64,000 bases of DNA from Octopus vulgaris. Lineage: Eukaryota. Made by a program: the position numbers and the translations under genes. Positions 55,661-64,000 of the stretch are shown here, one piece after another (within the stretch, counting starts at the first letter, position 1; every line of letters starts with the position of its first letter). The stretch is from assembly GCA_951406725.2 (NCBI GenBank), contig OX597815.1, positions 177,754,001 to 177,818,000 on the forward strand. The letters are read 5' to 3'. A model generated the notes under the pieces. The model was not told the origin of the DNA. It did no database searches and worked only from the letters and a program-made list of their open reading frames with translations.

Positions 55661-55744
55661 ATATATATATATATATACATATATACGACGGCCTCCTTCC
55701 AATCACCGTCTACCAAATCCAAATTTGAACGTATATACTTACAT

Positions 55745-55992
55745 ATACATACAAACATACATACATACATACATACATACATACATACATACATACATAC
55801 ATGCATACATACATACATACATACATTCATACATGCATACATACATACACACATACATACATACATTCATACATACATACATACATACATACATACATAC
55901 ATACATACATACATACATACATACATACATACATACATGCATACATACATACATACATACATACATACATACATACATACATACATACATAC
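55745..55992 (+). repeat. (CATA)n microsatellite
   Basis: Directly visible. Confidence 0.95.
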
Positions 55993-57519
55993 ACACTCAC
56001 ACATTGAAGGCCATTTTGATGTCTACAGCGCTTTGGATGAAAATTCATCTCATGAGTGATAACTTGAGTCTCAACAAAATATAAATTTATTAAATTTTGA
56101 TGAGTTATTATCCATCGCGTAATTTCTCAATTGATTTTTGATGATTTTTTTCCCAGTTATATGACGACATTAAATAGAATAGTAAAATAATTAGATTTCT
56201 TTCAAAAGTGGTATCATGAGAAGTAAACATTATCAAATATTACCATTTTCGGGTAAATAGTGACTAATTACCTTTCTGAATTGGTTATTTCTTTATGGTA
56301 GTTGGTTCGTTTATAAAATGAAATAAATATATTGCATATACATTAAACACTTCATTTTGTTTACAAATGTACTTGTGTATATCTTATAGCTTCAGCACGG
56401 TTATACAATATTTATTTTTTATATCTCTGTCTTACCCAGCTGTTTGCTTTATTTTTATTTTTTGCGACTTCCTTTCCATAAAAAGACAACTATATTAGAT
56501 TTTTTAGGAAACAAGTATAGCTTTATTAGTTTTTGTTTCTGAAGAACCCAAACAAAACAGTAAAAAATATGAAACAGAAAAGTTAGATGGAATCGCTCTT
56601 AGAAAGACAGCTTTTACGTTAGCTAATAATACGGTTTACTGCTGCCACCACAAATATCATGTAATTAACGATTATAAATAAATCTCTTTTGTTTAAACTT
56701 TTCTTATATATCTATTGTTATTGTGTATTTTTTTTTTTGGTTTTATTTTTCAGACGTGTATAGATTGCTTGATCATTTATTATTTGTATTTACCGTCTTT
56801 GTATGCAGTTAATATTATCACAAGGTAGATAGCAGGGAGCTATACTGTTTTTGATGGGAAATTATTTAACGACACATCACTAACGCACTTCAGAATTGTA
56901 TTAACATCACAATGGCGAGTTTCTTTGGCACTAAAATATGGGTTATGGATCGGAGAAAGCGTGCCCAATGTCCTTAATAATAGTGAATTAGCAGCAATCA
57001 TAAAGCAACTGACTAGATTATTTATTCTATTGTGTTCATAGTCCACACTAAAAACGATTGCGAATATCACCGCCAATGGCCATCAAACACTATTGGTTTG
57101 TTTTCAAAAGTCATTGTAATATATTGCGTGGTGGCGATCGATTTATTCTCCCGTTCGACGGATCTTGCCTTTTCCCAACTCTTTCATAACTTTACAGACA
57201 CAGTTGCCGAAAAGCGAAATGTTAATCTCCAAGCGAGACTAATGGTTTCGGAGTGGATTCTATTCCTGGTAGAGTTAATTCATTTCGCTGAAATGCTTAA
57301 TGACGTTGAAATAAACAGGGATATAAGTCCGCTTAAAAGCCTCTTAATATATCGAGTGTTTCGCTTCACATTCAAGGAAAACAAAATATTCATTTAACTT
57401 GATCAATATTGTGTTGTTTTATTGTTTTTCACGTCTTTCTTGTGATTAATGAATAGTTTTCATAACCTTGTCTCATTCTTTTACTACTTTTCAACTAAAT
57501 GACACAAATATCATATAAC

Positions 57520-57605
<86 letters not shown>

Positions 57606-57791
57606 TGTTGTTGTTGTTGTAGTCACTTCCAGCCAGTCTGCTGCAATCAACTCTGACCTGGTTGTGCCGTCGTGCCGGCGATTTCCTTCGCCAGACACAG
57701 TTTCACTTCTTAATTTCTTTTCACTTGCGGCCTTGCCCAAGCTTTTCCTCTCCACGAGCTATATCGCCTTTGATAATTTCATGAATATATA

Positions 57792-57858
<67 letters not shown>

Positions 57859-59834
57859 CCCTACCTCTCGATCATTCCAGCCTCTAACCGGCAGTCACCC
57901 CATTACTCAGACAATGATTCTTAATCACACCAAACTCTATACAATTTCCCTAATCAATTCTTAGCACTGCCGCCTACAATCGCGATAACATTGTTACCTG
58001 TGACGCTATGTAATGCCCCTTCCTATTTCCCACACTTGTTTACTTTTTATTTACCCACAATCTCACCAAATCATATTTTGAAGAAAAAAACTCGCATCTC
58101 CTCTAGCTTGAAGGTTCGCTTTTAAAACTTCACCTAAGAATGTCATCTCCCTATCATGTGATGCAGCTGCTACTTACCAAGTTATTTTCCTTGCTTTTTT
58201 TCCATATCTCCTTCATTCCTTTCTGCACTCATCATAAAGCCTCAGCTTCCTGTCGATCCCTGTGCAATATCTACTTCTTTTTACAAACACCTCCAACGTT
58301 ACTCCACCCAACACGTTATTCATTCACCTCTACATCAAAGGTCATTTTATGCTGGACAAAATACCAATCGGTGCCGTTTGACATATAGGAGAGACACGTT
58401 GGAAATCGATAGTACGTTATGGAGACTGTCGATTATTTGTTCACTCTAACAACAGATCACGTTCTTCCGAAGCTTGCAACTGAATTCCTCTCGTTATGCC
58501 TAACAGTATCACCATATCTGGACTGCCCTTTATACCATGGATCAATTGCATTTTGATGGTGCGTAAGAAATAAGCTTTAACCTACACACAGTTTGATTCA
58601 ATGGAAAACACACCTGTATTCCTCTAGTAGTAGTGATTTTTGCTAACGGCGCATGCAATCATAAACACACACCTGTATATACTCTCCCTTACCACAGTCA
58701 TAAGAGCAAAAACGAAGACTTTGTCGCACATAAGTTCCTTTCACACAACCTAATCGACAGAACACACAACGCCACACCAACCAACATGACACGCTCGTAC
58801 ACACTATCCCACACACACACATACACACGTGTCTATGCATACAGGGAGAAATTCGCACATTTTATTTTCTTTGCCTCCTCCAGTGACATACTTGCAAACA
58901 TCTTCACTGATAAAATAAACGCAGCAGCACATCTTGTCCATTCACAAGAATATCCTCTTCCAATTTGCTTCCTTCATTTGAGCCATTAAATTAAGCATGT
59001 AACGATCTCCGAGAAAACCTTCAAAGAACTATTTTCTTCGCTTAATTTCTCTGATATTTCTTGGACGGAAACATCATCCCAGGGGCTCAAATCTCTTTTC
59101 TTTCCAGTGTAAACTACTGATACTAGCATATTTTTTTGTTTCGCTATGAAATATTTTGGCTATCATATTAGACCTATAACATGTTGTCATATTGACGAAT
59201 ATCTATTTCTAGATGGTATTTCAAAGATCCCATTTACAAATTTTCTCTGAATTAGATTTCAGTGCTACTCCCAAGAGATAGAAGGATTGTATATAGTCTT
59301 ATTCGTTAACGTGTTTGCCAATTTTTATTGTTTACAATCGGATCTCATCAGTTGGACATATTGTCGATGGCGTTCTGACAATAAGTATCATCATTACATT
59401 ACTTTACAACATATAATGTCTACTTCAACGTTATTGAATATGCATTTCCTCTTATAAGAGAAAATGTGTGATTTGAGGCTTACCTGGATCCTTTTATATC
59501 AGGTAGCGTGACTGCTTCATGCCTCACTTGTTTGCATGTAATTTCATTAACTTTGATGGATTAGCGAAAATAGTTAAACTTCGGTATAAATACGTTAGTG
59601 TATTTATTACGTTCAAGATTCCAATTAAATTTCTCCGGAATGCAATTCACTTTTTATCTTTTCCACCGTGAGAAATCAGTCATATCAATTCAATTAGATC
59701 TATGGAGCACAAGATAGTCACCGATCCGTAAACACTATAAGCACTATTCGGAAATGATGTTTGTTCTTATAGTCAGAAAATCGTTATAACTTCACTCTCT
59801 GGCTTTTTCTCTCTTTCTCTCTTTCCCTATGTAT

Positions 59835-59865
<31 letters not shown>

Positions 59866-59874
59866 CATGCATAC

Positions 59875-59959
<85 letters not shown>

Positions 59960-60224
59960 AATGTATATATTTGTACATATATATACATACATACATGCAT
60001 ATATTTACATTATCTATATATATAGATATACATACATTATATACACATATATATATATATAGCGTCATAACGTTATTTAAAGAGTAAAATAATCACAGAA
60101 TATATGATTTTTTTATTATAAGTTTACTGTTTTTTCACAGCTGCCTTTTAGTGTTTCCGCCATAGTGTATATTTGCCAGTGAGCCTTCGGTAACTAATTA
60201 GACAGGTTTTAAACTTTAACACAT

Positions 60225-60535
60225 GGCTAGGAATTTGTGGGGAGAGAGTTAATCGATTACGTCGGCTGCAGTGATTTATTGATTGAGAAATGATGAAATT
60301 CAAAGCCGGTCTCGGCGAAATTTTAGCTCAGACCATCAAGATGGACGAAATGCCACTAAGCATTCTGCCCGGCGTGCTAACGATTCTCCCAGCTCGTCAT
60401 TTTAGCAGATGATAATATTGCAACATATTTTTGGCCAAAAATGTACCAGAATTTCGACTCAGAATGTAAAGACGGACGAAATACCGCAAACATTTCGCTC
60501 AGCCTGCTAACGTTTCTGTCAGCTCGCCGCCTTAA
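60225..60535 (-). mobile_element. Two adjacent SINE family A fragments
   Basis: Reverse-complement family A heads end at about 60397 and 60533. Confidence 0.75.
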
Positions 60536-61336
60536 ACCATCGATTCTTTAAGTAATTCAGTAGATTCTTTTAAATATATTTACATCGTGGTTCTTTTTAT
60601 GTCTACATTGACATGACAGCCGACATGACATGTGTTACCAAGTGGTCCGGATTACACCAAAACAAGCCCAAACTTTCTCACAATACTTTGCGAGAAAGCT
60701 AAACAAAAAAATGCTAACTGTAGAATAATTAACTCCGTCATCGGGTTTAATATTCTTGGTTAATTATTACTGCCTCATGATTTGAAACCGTTTGCATTAA
60801 TTTACTGTTGTAGTGTTATTAGTATCATATAGTAACATTGAGACTCTAATTGATTTTTAGCAGAGTTAGAATATTGTTGCTTATCCTCTTATTTTTTGTT
60901 CTATTTATTAGTTAATCTGCTGCTTTTAAAATATTCATTTTTAATCATTTGTCAGTGGCTATGAGGCAAGAAGTTTGCAAATCGATCACATGGTATCGGA
61001 TTCAGTCCCACTGCTTTGCACTTTCCGATAAGGTCAAGTGAATGCATTTGAAGATGGAAACTGAAAAGAAGCCCGTCGAAGTTCTTTTCATCAGACCTGT
61101 TCATATTAGGAGCATAAACACTTCTCGAGTGCAGACACAGAGTCCTCAAACGGTCACTTATAGGGAGAGAATGCTTTTCCAACTTCTCGTTGAGAGAATG
61201 CTTTTCCAACATACATGTTAACTGACGTACGAATATAAATACATACCATATACAAACATGCATGCATACATACATACATACATACATACATACATACATA
61301 CATACATACATACATACATAAGACAGACAGACGGTC

Positions 61337-61435
<99 letters not shown>

Positions 61436-63391
61436 GAGAGAGAGTGAGACCCAGTTGTACGATTGCTTTTGCATTCAAATTCCCACTAGCTGTCTAACAA
61501 GGCAAATCCATACAACAATATCCCCTAGCACCTATGCACCGTGGGAAAGTGCCCACATACTTAGTCTTAATTGCCATACTGAATGTCGGATTAAAAAACA
61601 AAATGCTCGCGTTCCCAAAGTTGAGAGATCACAGAGCAGATAGACATAACTAATTTGCTCTGCGAACGGCTACCGTTAAGGGTGTCATGGTATGTTGAAG
61701 CTATATTGCATGCGCCATATCCACTGAAGACGAGGAGATTACCTTACTTTTGTTATGGATTATTATATATACCTACGTTTTGAGGGTTGTATAATTTTGT
61801 ATATGACTCTAAAAGAACACAATTCTTCTAATACGAGTTACTATACAACAAAGTAAAGATAAAATATTACCGCGTTTGGTGTTAGAACTGCAAGTAAATT
61901 ACAGGAGATAAATCGATTGGTTCACTTAGAGCATTGACTCTGTTTCAATCTTATAATTTCCTAGAGGTAATTTGAATTTATATTAATTGTTCGTACGCCC
62001 ATTGTATTATATTCCGGCGAAACACATTCTAAGTGCTCGAAAACATTTTCTTTCTTTAACATATATTTGATAGATGCATTATGTGTGCGGAACGTGGTGT
62101 TTAATTTGGAACACATTTAGAGGCAAATTAATGATCCTATGAAGGGATATATTGAGGTGAACATGTGAATTTACTTGAATAATGAATGCTAATGCGGATC
62201 AACATTTAAGTACTTCTACACTCTTTGATTTAAAGGAAAATTTATCAAATAATGTGCACTATCAATAGCATTTGCTCTTTATCTTTTTGTATATTTTGCT
62301 TGATTTTTGTCTCTATATTTACCGATAAAAAAGGTATCATAATTCTGGTTTCTTATGATACCGGTCTAATTAACTTATCAGGTATAGCCGTGTCCCATTA
62401 ACCTTGCAGAACATTTACCTTTCACACGAGCGAAATTCTATTCAGTTAATAGGTACAGGCAATACTTCAGACACTCATTGATCTCATAAACTTCATAATG
62501 CTGCTATATTGACCAAATCCTATTATATATGGACGTGTGTGTGTGCGTGTGTGTGTGTGCATGATGTTTATACTTTATGTGGGTGAGTATGTGTGGGTGT
62601 GCCCCTACAAACTCATTTCGTTTCATTCGGATTATTCTTTAGAATGCATCAAAGTAGCACCAAATATTATTGCTTCAAATGTTAGAAGTCCAAGTAAATT
62701 ACAAGAGATGAATCAATTCCTCCGCCTGCAGCGTATATAGTGCAAGTTATGACCTTTCGTCAATTCTAACATATCCTGATTACATTTCAAACGTCAATGT
62801 GTATAATGATTATATCTTTCATTTTTTTCTGCAAATAAATAAATAAATAATCCTCAAAATATGTAAGCTAACTTCCTGGAATACGTTTGATTCCCAGGAC
62901 ATCAATAATTCTTAGTGTGATTATTTTGCAGTGTAATCAGGATTGTCTGTTGAAAACAACGGCATTTTTTTTTTGGTATGTATAAGTTTGAACGACGTTA
63001 AACAGCTCATAAAATAGTCTTACGTTGAATAAATATTCCGGAGTCCAATTTTAGCGGGAGCATATACATGTCATTTGACGACGAACTAATTCTACACGGT
63101 GTTTTTTTTTCTAAATATTAAAAATACGGCACTCTTTAACATGACATTTCTCACAGCTTCATAACTACGTAGAAGTCCGTTATTGTATAGAATTAATGTG
63201 AGGATAATATAATACCAGGCTTTTATAGTAAAGCACAACATTTGTTTCTGCATTGGGCACCAGCTGAGTCCACCATTCTATATCATTATATAAGATTATT
63301 CTTTAGAATAATTATATAATTAAATGTCTGTCATAAATTGCCCTATATGGATGCTTTCTCGTGTGGAGTGCAATCAAGTTGTCACTGTATT

Positions 63392-63516
63392 TATTAGCTC
63401 CGCCTTCGCTAGGGCAGAGGTATTGTTTCCAGTCATGTTTGCTTGTTTGTTTGTCCGTGGACAAGATATCTCAAGAACCGCTGGATGGATTCGGATGAAA
63501 CTTTCAGGGATGATTG
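63392..63516 (-). mobile_element. End of the element family seen at 15686-16040
   Basis: Reverse complement aligns to about 15935-16038. Confidence 0.7.
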
Positions 63517-63589
63517 GAGAAGAAGGAGGAGAAGAAGAAGAAGAAGAAGAAGAAGAGGGGGGAGAAGGAGAAGGAGAATGCGGGAGTGC

Positions 63590-63900
63590 CATGATAGTAA
63601 TAGAATGTTAAATGGTCAAGTGCCCTGAAAGTGACTTGTTGTGGATGGTAGTAGTGATTAAATTCTTGAGACATCTCTTTTGAATGTATTGTATATAAAA
63701 TTTGCGTAGTGGTAAAGTTAGGAAGGAGGTGTCGGAGAGGGAGAAGACGAAGAAGAAGAATGTGAAAGATAAGGGTGAATAAGAAAGGAATATAAATGGT
63801 GTGATAGTAGTCGGATGTTAAATGGTCAAGTGACCTAAAAGTGACTCGTTATGGATTATAGCAGTGATTGGGACTGTTTTTTAATGAATTCTTGGAAATC
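63590..63900 (+). repeat. Diverged direct repeat with ~210-bp period
   Basis: gatagta..atgttaaatggtcaagtg..aaagtgact at about 63593 and 63803. Confidence 0.75.
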
Positions 63901-64000
63901 GCTTGAGTGTATCGTTTTTAATATTTGTGTGTGTGTTTGTTTTATTCTAAGGCCGTGATGGATATGTCGTTTGTTGTAGACGCGTTCAAAAGGGATCTGT

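Overview
AT-rich, microsatellite-dense eukaryotic DNA. The SINE families and repeat landscape point to an octopus (coleoid cephalopod) genome; this is an inference. No intact protein-coding gene is visible. Recognisable repeats are two tRNA-derived SINE families (about 15 copies, two with target-site duplications), R4/Dong LINE fragments all lying in (TAA)n tracts, CR1/L2-like and RTE fragments, two DNA-transposon relics and Helentron/DINE-like elements. Two patterns are not explained by the ORF track. (1) At least eight loci carry minimal type I hammerhead ribozyme motifs typical of Penelope-like elements. Most sit in (TA)n/(CA)n tracts and five form head-to-head foldbacks; in one, the inverted arm ends exactly at the predicted cleavage site. 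(2) Minus-strand exon-like relics with stops and frameshifts run from about 51 kb to 5.4 kb. They read as ZU5/UPA-like, death-domain-like and two tandem kinase-like segments, suggesting a large decayed gene. All domain calls were made by eye and need profile searches.
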